The notes under the pieces are model-generated. The model searched no databases. It worked only from the letters and a program-made list of their open reading frames with translations, and was not told where the DNA came from. The position numbers and the translations under genes were made by a program. DNA of 64,000 nt from contig CAWKMU010000003.1 of NCBI GenBank assembly GCA_963850905.1, positions 1,952,001-2,016,000 on the forward strand. The letters are read 5' to 3'. Shown in pieces: positions 9,562 to 20,868 of this stretch. The DNA is from an uncultured Gemmatimonadales bacterium (lineage in GTDB: Bacteria; Gemmatimonadota; Gemmatimonadetes; Gemmatimonadales; Gemmatimonadaceae). How positions within the stretch are numbered: the stretch's first letter is position 1; every line of letters starts with the position of its first letter.

Positions 9562-12129
9562 CTAGTGCGTCACCGTGCTCACATCGGTCGCGTGCGGAGC
9601 CTGAGCGCCCGACCGGCGCCGGCGCGGACCCGGCGCCACCGGTGAGGCGGGGATGGGCACCTGGCGCAGGGCAAGAGCCAGCACCTCGTCCATTGTCCGC
9701 ACCGGGTGGAAGGTCACGGTCTCCCGCACTTCAGCTGGCAGGTCATCCAGTTCGCGTTCGTTGCCGGCGGGCATGATGACGTGCCGGATGCCGAGTCGTT
9801 GTGCCGCGACTGATTTCTCCTTGAGCCCGCCGATGGCCAGCACGCGCCCTCGCAGCGTGACCTCGCCGGTCATCGCGACATCGCCGCGCACCGGCACGCC
9901 GCTCACCGCGCTGACAATGGCTGTTGCGATCGCGATGCCAGCGCTCGGCCCGTCCTTCGGCGTGGCCCCGGCCGGGATGTGGACGTGCATGTCGCGTGTG
10001 TTGCCGCGCGCCAGCTCGTCCTCGATCCCCAGATCCCTGGCGCGGCGCCGCGCGTAACTCAGCGCCGCGGTCGCTGACTCCTTCATCACGTCGCCCAGGG
10101 TGCCCGTCAGCTGCAGTCGCCCACGTCCCCGCATCACGCTGACCTCGATGTCCAGGATCTCGCCCCCAGCCGCGGTATAGGCGAGTCCACGGGCGACTCC
10201 GACCGCGTCCTCTTGCGTCATGTCATCGGGATCGAATGGAGCCGGTCCGAGCATCTCGCGGAGCGTCGTGGCGCTGACCGTCGTCGCCGTCGTTGCGGGG
10301 ATAACGACATGCTCGGCTTTCTGGCGCGCAACCTTGCGCGCGACGCGCGCGATTCGGCGCTCCAGCTCACGCACGCCCGCCTCACGTGTGTACTGCCGGA
10401 GAATGGCGGGGAGTGCGTTGTCCTCCCATATCACGTCGGTCGACGTGAGGCCGTTGCGCTCGAGCTGTTTGGGGATGAGGAACTGCCGCGCGATCGCGAG
10501 CTTCTCGTGATCGAGATATCCGTTGAGGTGCAGGATCTCCATGCGGTCGCGCAGCGCCTCAGGCACGCCGCCGAGTGAGTTGGCGGTGGTGATGAAGAGC
10601 ACTTGCGACAGGTCGTAGTCCAACTCGAGGTAGTGATCGTTGAACGCGTTGTTCTGTTCAGGGTCGAGGACCTCGAGCAGGGCCGCGGCAGGATCGCCGC
10701 GATAGTCTTGTCCGAGCTTGTCGACCTCATCGAGCAGGATCACCGGATTGACCACTTCGGCGCGTCGCATCGCCTGGATGATCCGCCCGGGCAGGGCGCC
10801 AATGTACGTCCGACGGTGGCCGCGAATCTCGGCCTCGTCGCGGACACCGCCAAGCGCCATGCGAACGAACTTGCGGCCGAGCGCACGCGCGATCGACCGA
10901 CCCAGGGAGGTCTTTCCGACACCCGGCGGGCCGACGAAGCAGAGGAGGGGCCCATCGAGGCGTCCCACGAGCGCCAGCACCGCGATGTAGTCGAGGATGC
11001 GGTCTTTGACCTCCTCGAGGCCGTAGTGATCCTCATCCAGCACGCGGCGCGCGTGTTCGATGTCGAGGATGTCGTCAGTGCGCTCCGACCACGGTACCGC
11101 CAGCAGCCAATCGAGATAGTTGCGCCCGACGGTGCTCTCGGGCGACATCGGGGGTGTGCGCCGCAGCTTGCGCAACTCTCGTTTGGCGCGTGATTGCACG
11201 GGTTCGGGAAGCGCACGCCGCTCGATCTCCGCGTCGAGATCCGCGAGGTCGTCGCCGTCGTCCTGGCCCAGCTCCCGGTTGATCGCCCGCAGTTGCTCCT
11301 GGAGGTAAAACTCGCGCTGGTTCTGAAAGAGCGAGCCGCGGACGTCGTCATCGATCTTGCGCTCGAGCCGGAGAAGCTCGATCTCGCCGCTCAGGACCTT
11401 CCCCAGCGCCTCCCACAACGCCGGGATGTCTGCGGCTTCGAGCAGGTGTTGCCGGATCTCGTGCTTGACGGCAACATGCGCCGCAATGGCGATCGCTCGC
11501 CGCTCGTCGGCCTCGATCGCCTGTACGAAGGTCGCGACCTCGTCGGGGATGCGGCGGTGCAGGGAGACGTACTCCTCGAACCGGGACGTTACCTGCCGAC
11601 TGAGCACCGCCAGCGCACCGGCATCTGCGCCGACCGCGGAGCCCGCCGTCTCGGAGCCGCGTTCGGTGGTGTCGATCCCCTCGCGGTCGTCGCTCGCGAC
11701 CTCGACCTCGGATATCGCTTGGGGGGTGAACGGAGCTGGGGTCACCGTGGCTTGCAACCCGGCGCCGACCGCCGCGTAGCGCTTCACCCGCGCCCGCGCG
11801 ACGCCTTCGACCAACACCTTAACCGTGCCGTTCGGCAGTCGCGTGCGCTGCAGCAGTCGAGCGACGACCCCCACGCGGTATAGATCCGCGGCGGCCGGGT
11901 CCTGCACTTCGCCACTCCGCTGGGCAACGACCAGGAGGAATCGGTCCTCGCCTGGGGCCGCGGATGCGTCCGCGGCGTCGACCGCTGCCAGGGACGCTGG
12001 ACGTCCCACGAGCAACGGAATCACCACAAAGGGGAACACGACCACGTCGCGGAGCGGCAGCACCGGAAGGCGGTCGGGGACCGTGAACTGTTCGGAGTCG
12101 CGCGAGAGAAGCACCGGCGTCGGGACCAC
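9562..12129 (-). CDS. lon: ATP-dependent Lon protease (copy 1)
   Basis: LPVLPLRDVVVFP, Walker A GPPGVGKT, RGHRRTYIG, LLDEVDK, catalytic PKDGPSAG and IGGLKEK. Confidence 0.97.
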   Translation of the reverse strand: MVPTPVLLSRDSEQFTVPDRLPVLPLRDVVVFPFVVIPLLVGRPASLAAVDAADASAAPGEDRFLLVVAQRSGEVQDPAAADLYRVGVVARLLQRTRLPNGTVKVLVEGVARARVKRYAAVGAGLQATVTPAPFTPQAISEVEVASDDREGIDTTERGSETAGSAVGADAGALAVLSRQVTSRFEEYVSLHRRIPDEVATFVQAIEADERRAIAIAAHVAVKHEIRQHLLEAADIPALWEALGKVLSGEIELLRLERKIDDDVRGSLFQNQREFYLQEQLRAINRELGQDDGDDLADLDAEIERRALPEPVQSRAKRELRKLRRTPPMSPESTVGRNYLDWLLAVPWSERTDDILDIEHARRVLDEDHYGLEEVKDRILDYIAVLALVGRLDGPLLCFVGPPGVGKTSLGRSIARALGRKFVRMALGGVRDEAEIRGHRRTYIGALPGRIIQAMRRAEVVNPVILLDEVDKLGQDYRGDPAAALLEVLDPEQNNAFNDHYLELDYDLSQVLFITTANSLGGVPEALRDRMEILHLNGYLDHEKLAIARQFLIPKQLERNGLTSTDVIWEDNALPAILRQYTREAGVRELERRIARVARKVARQKAEHVVIPATTATTVSATTLREMLGPAPFDPDDMTQEDAVGVARGLAYTAAGGEILDIEVSVMRGRGRLQLTGTLGDVMKESATAALSYARRRARDLGIEDELARGNTRDMHVHIPAGATPKDGPSAGIAIATAIVSAVSGVPVRGDVAMTGEVTLRGRVLAIGGLKEKSVAAQRLGIRHVIMPAGNERELDDLPAEVRETVTFHPVRTMDEVLALALRQVPIPASPVAPGPRRRRSGAQAPHATDVSTVTH

Positions 12130-12220
12130 GGTGGAGGGGAGATGTGCAACGGGCGGGAGCCGTCAAGCCGCCCGCCCGCAATTTAAGTCCAATGCGCGGT
12201 TGGCCGCGCGTGTGCCGCGG

Positions 12221-13483
12221 TTACGCCTCTTTCTTCTGCCTCTTCGGCGAGATCTCGAGCAACGGAGCGGTCCGCTTCGTGACCGTGCCCTCGATGATCT
12301 TGACCTCGGTGACGTCGTCGCGTCCCGGCAGATCGAACATCACGTCGGTGAGAATTTCCTCGAGGATCGCGCGCAGCCCACGCGCGCCAGTCCCGCGCTT
12401 GAGCGCCTTGGCGGCGATGGCCCGCAGCGCGTGCTCATCAAAGGTGAGCTTCACCTCTTCGAGGTCGAAGAGCTTGGCGTATTGCTTGGTCAACGCGTTC
12501 TTCGGCTCCTTGAGGATCCGAACGAGCGCGTCTTCATCGAGCGCTTCGAGCGGAACACCCACCGGTAGTCGGCCGACGAGCTCGGGGATCAAACCATAGC
12601 GCAAGAGATCGTCGGGCTCGACGTCCGCGAACGGGTTCTTGGGCGGCTTGGCAATCGATCCGGCGACTGCGTCGCTCTCGACCTGTTCTTTGGTGAAGCC
12701 GATCTGCTTCCGGCCCGTGCGTGCCTCGATAATCTTCTCGAGCCCGTCGAAGGCGCCGCCACAGATGAACAGGATGTCCTTGGTGTTGATCTGGATGTAC
12801 TCTTGCTGAGGGTGTTTGCGACCGCCCTGTGGCGGGACTGACGCCACGGTCCCCTCGAGGATCTTCAGCAAGGCTTGCTGTACGCCTTCGCCGGAGACAT
12901 CGCGCGTAATGCTCGGGTTCTCCGACTTGCGCGCGATCTTGTCGATCTCGTCAATGTAGACGATGCCGCGCTCGCACTCGGCCACGTTGAAGTCGCCGGC
13001 TTGTAGCAGTCGAACCAGGATGTTCTCGACGTCTTCCCCGACATACCCCGCCTCGGTCAACGTCGTAGCGTCGGCGATCGTGAACGGCACGTCCAGGATC
13101 CTGGCCAGCGTCTGGGCGAGCAGCGTCTTGCCGACGCCCGTGGGCCCGATCAACAGGATGTTGGACTTGTCGAGCTCCACCTCGTCGTCGCGCAGCGAGG
13201 CGGAGTTGATGCGCTTGTAGTGGTTGTACACCGCGACCGCCAACGCCTTCTTGGCGCGCTCCTGGCCGATCACATACTGGTCAAGAACGTCCTTGATCTC
13301 CTGGGGCGACGGGACCTGTGTGATCGCTTCCGCAACTTCGCGCTCTTCGTCCTCTGCGAGGATCTCGTTGCAGAGCGCAATGCATTCGTTGCAAATGTAG
13401 ACCGACGGTCCCGAGATGAACTTCCTGACCGAGTCCTTGGACTTGCCACAGAACGAGCAGCGCAGGTGCTTATCGTGGGACAT
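12221..13483 (-). CDS. clpX: ATP-dependent Clp protease ATP-binding subunit ClpX
   Basis: C4 zinc finger CSFC...[26 protein letters not shown] loop, TGARGLR. Confidence 0.98.
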   Translation of the reverse strand: MSHDKHLRCSFCGKSKDSVRKFISGPSVYICNECIALCNEILAEDEEREVAEAITQVPSPQEIKDVLDQYVIGQERAKKALAVAVYNHYKRINSASLRDDEVELDKSNILLIGPTGVGKTLLAQTLARILDVPFTIADATTLTEAGYVGEDVENILVRLLQAGDFNVAECERGIVYIDEIDKIARKSENPSITRDVSGEGVQQALLKILEGTVASVPPQGGRKHPQQEYIQINTKDILFICGGAFDGLEKIIEARTGRKQIGFTKEQVESDAVAGSIAKPPKNPFADVEPDDLLRYGLIPELVGRLPVGVPLEALDEDALVRILKEPKNALTKQYAKLFDLEEVKLTFDEHALRAIAAKALKRGTGARGLRAILEEILTDVMFDLPGRDDVTEVKIIEGTVTKRTAPLLEISPKRQKKEA

Positions 13484-13788
13484 GTGGGTAGCGGCGGGCG
13501 GCGGAGGGGTCAGCGAGCCGGTCAGGGCGGAACGGAGTCACGAAACGGCGACCAAACGGCAACAACGGAGCGACTGCCGGAGAACTAACAGCCCCCCCGA
13601 GACCGGTCAAGCAGACTTGCGCGAACGCGCGCATAGGCACATTGCCTTGCGAAGCCTTGTGAAAACTTTCACGAGTTAACCCCGCTCCGAACCGGGTCAA
13701 CGGACGCCCCTGACCACTAAATGGGACGTCCAGAAGACCCGAAACGGGCTTCATTGTGTCGCTGTTCACCGCGCGAGGGCTCGGCCTC

Positions 13789-14421
13789 TTACGGCTTGGC
13801 AAGTTCGACCGCGTCGTTGCTGCGGTGCGGGAGTGTGTCCTGCGAGACGACGCGGTCGATAATGCCGTACGCGCGAGCCTCTTCGGCGGACATGTAGTAG
13901 TCGCGGTCGAAGTCGCGCTCGATCTGCTCGACCGGTCGGCCGGTGTGCTTGGACATGAGCTCGTGCATCTTGCTGCGCAGATACAGGATCTCTTTCGCCT
14001 GGATCTGAATGTCGGACGCGGTGCCTTGGGCACCGCCGGACGGCTGGTGCATCATCACGCGGGCGTGCGGCAACGCGGCCCGCCGTCCCTTGCGACCGCC
14101 GGCGAGCAGGAAGCAGCCCATGCTGGCGGCCATGCCCATGCAGGTGGTGTTCACGGGTGCGCGGAGGAACTGCATCGTGTCGTAGATCGCGAGTCCCGCC
14201 GACACACTCCCGCCGGGCGAGTTGACGTACAGATGAATGTCCCGCTCGGGATTGTCGGCATCGAGAAACAACAACTGCGCGATTACAATGTTCGCGACGT
14301 CGTCGGTGACCGGCGTGCCGAGAAACACGATCCGGTCCATCAGCAACCGCGAGAAGATGTCGTAGGTTCGCTCACCGCGGCTGGAGCGCTCAATGACGTA
14401 CGGAGGATAGATAGTCGACAT
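13789..14421 (-). CDS. clpP: ATP-dependent Clp protease proteolytic subunit
   Basis: [37 protein letters not shown]. Confidence 0.97.
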   Translation of the reverse strand: MSTIYPPYVIERSSRGERTYDIFSRLLMDRIVFLGTPVTDDVANIVIAQLLFLDADNPERDIHLYVNSPGGSVSAGLAIYDTMQFLRAPVNTTCMGMAASMGCFLLAGGRKGRRAALPHARVMMHQPSGGAQGTASDIQIQAKEILYLRSKMHELMSKHTGRPVEQIERDFDRDYYMSAEEARAYGIIDRVVSQDTLPHRSNDAVELAKP

Positions 14422-14445
14422 GGCAGGAAAGAAAAGGATGGGAGA

Positions 14446-15690
14446 CTATTGGAGTTCGACGGTATTTCGATCGAGCAGCCACTTGAACACTTTGTCTTCG
14501 GTCAGAGACCGCTCGATTTCTCGCAGCCGATCGGCCTTCTGGAGCGAGCTGTAGACTTCGGCGACCGGCGCATTGCGTCGTGCCGCCATATCGCTCACGC
14601 GCTCATCTACTTCCGCCTCGCTGGCGGCGAGCCCCTCGCGCTCGGCGATCGTCTCGATGATCAACTCACGGCGCACCTGGCTCTCGGCCACGGGGCGAAA
14701 CTCGTTGGCAAACCGCTGACGATCGGCCTCAGGGATCTGATACGCACCGGCGTAGCCGTCGATGAGGCGCTGTACCCAAGAGGGCGGCAGCTCGAAGGGA
14801 TTGGCGCCGGCGATATCGTCGAGCAGGCGGCGACGGACCTCGGCGTCCGCGTCGCGCACGGCACTGCGCGTGAGATCGTCGCGCACGGCTGCCACCAGCG
14901 CGTCCTTGCCGTCGAAGTCACCCACCTCGCGCGCAAATGCATCGTCCAGGGCTGGCAGCGCCTTCCGCTTGACGTCGCGCAGCGTCACCCGCACCAGCTT
15001 CGTCTTGCCGCGCTGTGATTCGTCCGGAAAATCGTCGGGCCATTTCACGGGCCGCTCGACGGTTTCGCCGGGCTTCGCTTCCATAATGATCTCTTCAATG
15101 CCGGCGATCGCCTGCCCGCCGCCGAGCACGAGTCGGCGTTCCTTGTCTTCCTGGAGCGTGCCGGTGTCGTCCGGCGTCGAGAGGACGACCGTGACCATGT
15201 CGCCGGGACCCGGGCGGCCATCCACGGGCGACCACGCCGCGCGCTGCTCACGTATGGCTTCGAGCTGCTCGGTAACCTGATCCTGCGTCACCGGACGTTC
15301 CGTTCGCTGGACGCGAAAGCCCTGTGTGCGAGCCAGCGCGATCTCCGGGCGAACCTCGAGATGCAGCTCGAACGTCAGCGGTTGACCTTGCTCGAACTTG
15401 AGGTCGTGCACGTGCGGCTGGCTGACCAGCTTGAGCTGCTCACGTCCGATCGCCTCCTCGTACGCCTCGCGCACCAGCGCCTCGACGGCCTGCTGGCGGA
15501 TCGCATCGGCGAACCGCTTGCGCACCACCGCGGGCGGTGCCTTACCCGGACGAAAGCCCGGGAGCCGCACCTTGGATGCATACCCACGGGCCGCCTGCTC
15601 TTCGGCGTCGCGCACCCGGTCGGCCGGCACCGAGACGGCGAGCCGGCGCTCGACGCCGCTCGACTCCTTCTGCGTGATCTCAATGGGCAT
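14446..15690 (-). CDS. tig: Trigger factor
   Basis: Signature PGFRPGKAP; position upstream of clpP-clpX-lon; start at ATG 15690. Confidence 0.93.
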   Translation of the reverse strand: MPIEITQKESSGVERRLAVSVPADRVRDAEEQAARGYASKVRLPGFRPGKAPPAVVRKRFADAIRQQAVEALVREAYEEAIGREQLKLVSQPHVHDLKFEQGQPLTFELHLEVRPEIALARTQGFRVQRTERPVTQDQVTEQLEAIREQRAAWSPVDGRPGPGDMVTVVLSTPDDTGTLQEDKERRLVLGGGQAIAGIEEIIMEAKPGETVERPVKWPDDFPDESQRGKTKLVRVTLRDVKRKALPALDDAFAREVGDFDGKDALVAAVRDDLTRSAVRDADAEVRRRLLDDIAGANPFELPPSWVQRLIDGYAGAYQIPEADRQRFANEFRPVAESQVRRELIIETIAEREGLAASEAEVDERVSDMAARRNAPVAEVYSSLQKADRLREIERSLTEDKVFKWLLDRNTVELQ

Positions 15691-15730
15691 TTGGGTGAAA
15701 TGTAACCGGGACGCCCGCCGTTGGCGGGCG

Positions 15731-15832
15731 TAGAGAGTAGCAAAGCAGAAAGCTGAAAGTAGACAACGACCCAGACTGGGGCGTGCCTTTTCGATCGTGT
15801 CCACTCTCTACGTTCGGTGGGTCTACTCTCTC
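15731..15832. repeat. Heptamer-arm hairpin element, degenerate (TAGAAAG)n class, on the 3' side of tRNA-Leu
   Basis: tagagagtagcaaagcagaaagctgaaagtagac ... gtccactctctac...gtctactctctc. Confidence 0.65.
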
Positions 15833-15848
15833 GGCGGCGAAGCCGCCG

Positions 15849-15930
15849 TGCCCGGGGCGGGGCTCGAACCCGCACGTCTTTCGACAAGGGCTTCTAAGGC
15901 CCTCGCGGCTACCAATTACGCCACCCGGGC
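15849..15930 (-). tRNA. tRNA-Leu (anticodon TAG), CCA not encoded
   Basis: GCCCGGGTGGCGTAATTGGTAGCCGCGAGGGCCTTAGAAGCCCTTGTCGAAAGACGTGCGGGTTCGAGCCCCGCCCCGGGCA folds as a cloverleaf with a long variable arm and TTCGA T-loop. Confidence 0.95.
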
Positions 15931-15951
15931 GGCGCGGCGCTTCGCGCGCGC

Positions 15952-16042
15952 AGAGAGTAGACCTTCAGAAAGTAGAAAGTAGACGAAACCCCGCCAAGCG
16001 GTTAGTAACGTCTACTTTCTACTTTCTACTTTCTACTCTCTA
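15952..16042. repeat. Heptamer-arm hairpin element (TAGAAAG)n...(CTTTCTA)n, on the 5' side of tRNA-Leu
   Basis: agagagtagaccttcagaaagtagaaagtagacg ... cgtctactttctactttctactttctactctcta. Confidence 0.85.
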
Positions 16043-16064
16043 TGGCCGTGATTAACGCTCTGCG

Positions 16065-17660
16065 TTAATCATGGCCATCGCCGCCGATGCGGAGGCTCAC
16101 GACTCGCTGCTGTCCAGTCGGCCCAGACTGCCCGCCGACCGGCGTGTAGACCAGCAGCGTCACGAAGTCGCCCATCTTCGAGCGCGCGAGCGCGTTCTGC
16201 AGATCGGCGATCTTGTGCACTTCGACGCGCGGCTCCGGGTAGAGCACGGCGACGATGATGTCGTGTTCTTGGAGCTTCCCGTGCGCGGGGCCCGATCCGC
16301 TCACATCGGTCACGAGGAGGCCGCGGTCCTGCTCGGGGATCTTCGCCTCGCTGGCAAGGTCAGACGATACGGGCTCGCCCGAGAGGCCGAGCTTCTCGAT
16401 GCTGATCCCCGCCGGCGACTCGTCGGATTCGTTATCGCGTTGAGCGACGGTCTCGTCGGTCGGAGCCTCGCTGAGCTTCAAGCTGAATGTCTTGCGCGAG
16501 CCGAAACGAACGACGTCGAGCGAAATCACCTGCCCGGGCTGGTGCAGGCGCACGATCCGCTGCAAGGTGCTCGTCCGGTCCACTGGCTTGCCGTCGGCCG
16601 ACACGATGATGTCGCCGGCCTCGAGACCGGCCTTCTCGGCCGGGCTGGACCCGTCGCCGGGTGTGAACCCGCTCACCTTCACGCCCTCGATGGTCTTCAG
16701 TCCCGCCGCGCCCGCGTCATCGGGATCGACGTCACTGATCGCGATCCCCAGCACGGCGCGCCGGACCTTGCCGTACTTGATGATGTCGTCCATCACGCTC
16801 TTTGCGAGCGTGATCGGAATCGCGAAACCGTAGCCTGAGTAATACCCCGTCGGACTGGCGATTGCGCTGTTGATGCCGACGACCTCGCCCTCGATGTTGA
16901 CGAGCGGACCACCCGAGTTCCCCGGGTTGATGGCTGCGTCGGTCTGGATGAAATCCGAAATCGCGTAGGGGTTGCGCATGAGACCGACCAGCTCGTGCGT
17001 GCCACGACCCTTGGCGCTCACAATGCCTGCCGTCACGGTGAAGTCGAGGCCGAGCGGATTGCCGAATGCCAGCACCCATTCGCCCACTCGCGTCTGCGAA
17101 TCATCACCCAGATTCACCGTCGGCAGATCCTGCGCGTCGATCTTGATCACCGCAACGTCCGTGGTCGGATCGTGGCCAATCACTTTCGCTTTGAAGACGC
17201 GGTGGTCCTTGAGCGCGACGGTGACGCGATCCGCGTCGACGACTACGTGGTTGTTGGTGAGGATGTAGCCGTCGGTAGTCACGATAAAGCCCGACCCGCT
17301 CGCCTCTTCAGGCTCGGGGCGTTGTGGCGGGAACTGATTGAAAAAGTCCTCGAGGCCCTGCGGGATGCGGCCGCGACTTCGCGGACTCCCTTCCGACTGC
17401 CGCGGATCTCTCGCTGTTTGGATCGATACCACCGCCGGCGTGACATGCTCGGCGATCGACACAAAGGCGTTGTTCTGCTCGGCCAGTGGCTTGATTTGCT
17501 GCGACGAAGGTTTGCTCGGCGTCGATCGGGTGGCTGAGCTCTGCGCAAACCCTTGATGAGTGAAGTCCAGCGAGGAGGCCACGAGCATGCCGCCGAAGAA
17601 CGCAGCGACAACGGCCGCTCCCACACGCGCACGAGACAGTGTCCAGGGCATAGGGCTCAT
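16065..17660 (-). CDS. degP: DegP/HtrA (Do family) periplasmic serine protease with two PDZ domains
   Basis: GSGFIV, TNNHVV, DVAVIK, QTDAAINPGNSGGPL; N-terminal membrane/signal segment. Confidence 0.93.
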   Translation of the reverse strand: MSPMPWTLSRARVGAAVVAAFFGGMLVASSLDFTHQGFAQSSATRSTPSKPSSQQIKPLAEQNNAFVSIAEHVTPAVVSIQTARDPRQSEGSPRSRGRIPQGLEDFFNQFPPQRPEPEEASGSGFIVTTDGYILTNNHVVVDADRVTVALKDHRVFKAKVIGHDPTTDVAVIKIDAQDLPTVNLGDDSQTRVGEWVLAFGNPLGLDFTVTAGIVSAKGRGTHELVGLMRNPYAISDFIQTDAAINPGNSGGPLVNIEGEVVGINSAIASPTGYYSGYGFAIPITLAKSVMDDIIKYGKVRRAVLGIAISDVDPDDAGAAGLKTIEGVKVSGFTPGDGSSPAEKAGLEAGDIIVSADGKPVDRTSTLQRIVRLHQPGQVISLDVVRFGSRKTFSLKLSEAPTDETVAQRDNESDESPAGISIEKLGLSGEPVSSDLASEAKIPEQDRGLLVTDVSGSGPAHGKLQEHDIIVAVLYPEPRVEVHKIADLQNALARSKMGDFVTLLVYTPVGGQSGPTGQQRVVSLRIGGDGHD

Positions 17661-17842
17661 CCAAGTGTCCGAGTTACGTGCAATGAGTACGCAGGGCCCA
17701 CCAGCGGGAACGCTGCGGCGCCATCCGCCGCGCCTCCTTTCTCTTCTCTTCCGGCGGCGCGAACGGCCGCCGCCATCAAATTTAGGGGGTGGCCTTGCCG
17801 CCGGGGGTTTCCTTTATCCCTTGTTTATCCGTTCATTGACGG

Positions 17843-17883
17843 GCAAAGGGCCGGCCACGGTACACCGTGACCGGCCCTTGACC
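17843..17883 (-). terminator. GC-rich hairpin downstream of dnaK, probable terminator
   Basis: aagggccggccacgg-ta-caccgtgaccggccctt inverted repeat about 60 nt after the dnaK stop; U-tail is short. Confidence 0.45.
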
Positions 17884-17945
17884 TCTTACGCCCTAAGTCT
17901 CACGGGCGTTTAGTCCCGCGGGGCGCGGTCGCGCCCCCTGCAGAT

Positions 17946-19892
17946 CTATTTCTTGTCGTCCACGATCTCGTAATCGGCCTCGACGACGTCATCGGGCTTG
18001 CCGCTCGGTCGCGCGCCGGCACCGGCCCCGGCGGGCTCGCCCTGTGCACCCGGGGTGCCGCCGGGAGCGCTTCCCGCCCCCTGCTGCTGGTACAGCGACT
18101 GTCCGGCCTCGCTGTACACGCGCGTCAACTCCTCCTGCGCCGATCGGATCTCACCCTGGTCATCGCCGCGCAGCGCCTTGCGAGCGCGCTCGACTGCTCC
18201 CTCGAGACGCGACTTGACCTCGGGTGACAAACGGTCCGACCACTCCTTCGAGTTCTTCTCGACTTCGTAGGTCATGCTGTCGAGTCGGTTCCGAGTGTCG
18301 ATCTCCTCGCGGCGCTTCTTGTCGTCACTGGCGTTCTTCTCCGCATCCTTGACCATGCGATCGATCTCGGCCTCGGACAGACCACTCGACGCCTCGATGC
18401 GGATCTTTTGCTCCTTGCCGGTCGTCTTGTCCTTTGCCGACACGTGCAGGATGCCGTTCGCGTCGATGTCGAACGTGACTTCGACCTGAGGCATGCCACG
18501 CGGCGCCGGCGGGATCCCCGTGAGCTGGAACTTGCCGATGGTCTTGTTGTAGACGGCTAGTTCGCGCTCCCCCTGGAGCACATGGATCTCGACCGTCGTC
18601 TGATTGTCGTCGGCCGTCGAGAACGTCTCGCTCTTCTTCGTCGGGATCGTCGTGTTCCGCGGAATGAGCACCGTCGTCACGCCGCCCAATGTCTCGATAC
18701 CGAGCGAAAGCGGTGTCACGTCGAGCAACAGCACGTCCTTCTGCTCGCCGGTCAACACCGCGCCCTGGACGGCGGCGCCGATCGCGACGACTTCGTCCGG
18801 GTTTACGCCCTTGTTGGGCTCTTTTCCGAAGAACTTCTTGACGATCTCCTGGACCTTCGGAATGCGCGTCGAGCCACCGACCAGCAACACCTCATCGATC
18901 TGATCCGGCTTGAGCCCGGCGTCCTTCAGCGCCTGCTCCATTGGCGGAATCGTCCGCTGAATGAGGTCGTCAACGAGCTGCTCGAACTTGGCGCGCGTCA
19001 ACGTGTAGTTCAGGTGCTTGGGCCCCGACTGATCCGCGGTGATGAAAGGCAGGTTGATGTCCGTCGACATCGTGCTCGACAGCTCCATCTTGGCCTTTTC
19101 AGCGGCCTCCTTGAGACGCTGCAGAGCCATCGGGTCCTTCGATAGATCGATTCCCTGATCGCGCTTGAACTCTGCGACCAGCCAATCGATGACACGCTGA
19201 TCGAGATCGTCGCCACCGAGGTGGGTGTCGCCGTTCGTCGACTTCACCTCGAATTGCCGCGAGCCCTCGACGTCGTACAGCTCGAGTACGGAGATGTCGT
19301 ACGTGCCACCGCCCAGGTCGAACACGGCGACCTTTTCGTCCTTCTTCTTGTCGAGTCCGTACGCCAACGCCGCAGCAGTCGGCTCGTTGATGATCCGGAG
19401 CACATCGAGCCCCGCGATCTTGCCGGCATCCTTGGTCGCCTGCCGCTGGGAATCGTTGAAGTACGCGGGCACCGTGACCACGGCCTTCTCGACCTTGTGT
19501 CCGAGGTAGTCCTCGGCCGTCTGCTTCATCTTTTGCAGGATCATCGCCGAGATCTCGGGCGGCGTATACCGCTTCCCCTGAACCTCGACCATCGCCATGC
19601 CGTTGTTGCCCGCCACCACCTTGTACGGGACGCGCTTCACCTCCTCCGGTACCTCGGAGAGCTTGCGCCCCATGAACCGCTTGATCGAGAAGATCGTATT
19701 CTGCGGATTCGTCACTGCCTGCCGCTTCGCGATCTGACCGACCAGCCGTTCGCCATCCTTCGTGAATCCGACGACAGATGGGGTCGTCCTTCCACCCTCG
19801 GCGTTGGGGATCACGACGGGGTCACCACCCTCCATGACCGACACGACGGAGTTCGTCGTCCCCAGATCAATGCCGATAACCTTGTCTGCCAT
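17946..19892 (-). CDS. dnaK: Molecular chaperone DnaK (Hsp70)
   Basis: [45 protein letters not shown]; start at ATG 19892 (MADKVIG). Confidence 0.98.
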   Translation of the reverse strand: MADKVIGIDLGTTNSVVSVMEGGDPVVIPNAEGGRTTPSVVGFTKDGERLVGQIAKRQAVTNPQNTIFSIKRFMGRKLSEVPEEVKRVPYKVVAGNNGMAMVEVQGKRYTPPEISAMILQKMKQTAEDYLGHKVEKAVVTVPAYFNDSQRQATKDAGKIAGLDVLRIINEPTAAALAYGLDKKKDEKVAVFDLGGGTYDISVLELYDVEGSRQFEVKSTNGDTHLGGDDLDQRVIDWLVAEFKRDQGIDLSKDPMALQRLKEAAEKAKMELSSTMSTDINLPFITADQSGPKHLNYTLTRAKFEQLVDDLIQRTIPPMEQALKDAGLKPDQIDEVLLVGGSTRIPKVQEIVKKFFGKEPNKGVNPDEVVAIGAAVQGAVLTGEQKDVLLLDVTPLSLGIETLGGVTTVLIPRNTTIPTKKSETFSTADDNQTTVEIHVLQGERELAVYNKTIGKFQLTGIPPAPRGMPQVEVTFDIDANGILHVSAKDKTTGKEQKIRIEASSGLSEAEIDRMVKDAEKNASDDKKRREEIDTRNRLDSMTYEVEKNSKEWSDRLSPEVKSRLEGAVERARKALRGDDQGEIRSAQEELTRVYSEAGQSLYQQQGAGSAPGGTPGAQGEPAGAGAGARPSGKPDDVVEADYEIVDDKK

Positions 19893-20090
19893 GCTGCCCT
19901 CGTGAATGTTCCAATTGAGCGTTGAACTGCGACCCGAGCCGTTCCGAACGAATGCGTCTGCCCGCCAATGCGAGCCAAAGCCGGCGGAACACGTCGGGCC
20001 CTCGACTACGCGCTCCTGTAGCAATCGCGATACCCGGGAGACCAGTCATATTGGCAGGGATCTCGTGGTGGCGTCGGTGACCGAGGCAGC

Positions 20091-20834
20091 GTGATCCCTC
20101 TCGGCGACGACCTACCGACCCTCAGAAGACCCGTGATGACGTACTGCATCATCGCGGTGAACTTCGCTGTCTGGATCTTTGTTCAGGGCGCGGGCTTCGA
20201 CTCCCAACAACTTGCGAGGACGGTCTGCGACCTGGGGATGGTGCCCGGCGAGCTGACGCATTTGGCCCCCCTCGGACAGTCCGTGCCCATCGGGCCCGGG
20301 CTCGTCTGCGCGGTCGACAACGACGCCATCAACATCCTCACGCCGGTGATTTCGATGTTCTTGCACGGCGGCTGGATGCACATCCTCGGCAACATGATCT
20401 ATCTGGCCGTCTTCGGTCGGAACGTCGAGGACAGCATGGGGCGCCTGCGCTTCCTGTGCTTCTACCTGGTCTGCGGACTGATCGCGGCGGCCACGCACAT
20501 CCTGTTCAATCGGGCATCACCAGTCCCGACCGTCGGTGCATCAGGAGCGATTTCTGGCGTCCTGGGAGGGTTTCTTTTGTTATACCCCACCGTGCCGGTA
20601 CGGATGTTTGTCTTCGTGTTCGTCGTCAGGGTTCGAGCCTGGGTCGTGCTCGTTTACTGGTTCCTGCTGCAGGCTTTGACCGGCGTCTCGCAGCTCAACC
20701 AACTGCAACCCGACGTCACCAACGGCGTCGCCGTCTGGGCTCACGTCGGTGGGTTTCTCGCCGGCCTGTTCCTCACGCGGTTCTTCGTCAACCCGGACTT
20801 GCTCCATGCTCGCTACCAAACCCGCATGGCATGA
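20091..20834 (+). CDS. Rhomboid family intramembrane serine protease
   Basis: SMFLHGGWMHILGNM, GASGAI (catalytic Ser), AHVGGF (catalytic His). Confidence 0.93.
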   Translation: MIPLGDDLPTLRRPVMTYCIIAVNFAVWIFVQGAGFDSQQLARTVCDLGMVPGELTHLAPLGQSVPIGPGLVCAVDNDAINILTPVISMFLHGGWMHILGNMIYLAVFGRNVEDSMGRLRFLCFYLVCGLIAAATHILFNRASPVPTVGASGAISGVLGGFLLLYPTVPVRMFVFVFVVRVRAWVVLVYWFLLQALTGVSQLNQLQPDVTNGVAVWAHVGGFLAGLFLTRFFVNPDLLHARYQTRMA

Positions 20835-20868
20835 AGGCGCGCCTGCGCCCGCAGGGTATGTTGTAACG

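Noticed and set aside
13484..13788. Possible ncRNA or small ORF in the 300-bp clpP-clpX gap
   Set aside because: Only short hairpins and unconvincing ORFs; no recognisable family. More likely promoter/UTR.
19893..20090. CIRCE or HAIR heat-shock operator upstream of dnaK
   Set aside because: No TTAGCACTC-N9-GAGTGCTAA or CTTGAGT-N7-ACTCAAG match seen.
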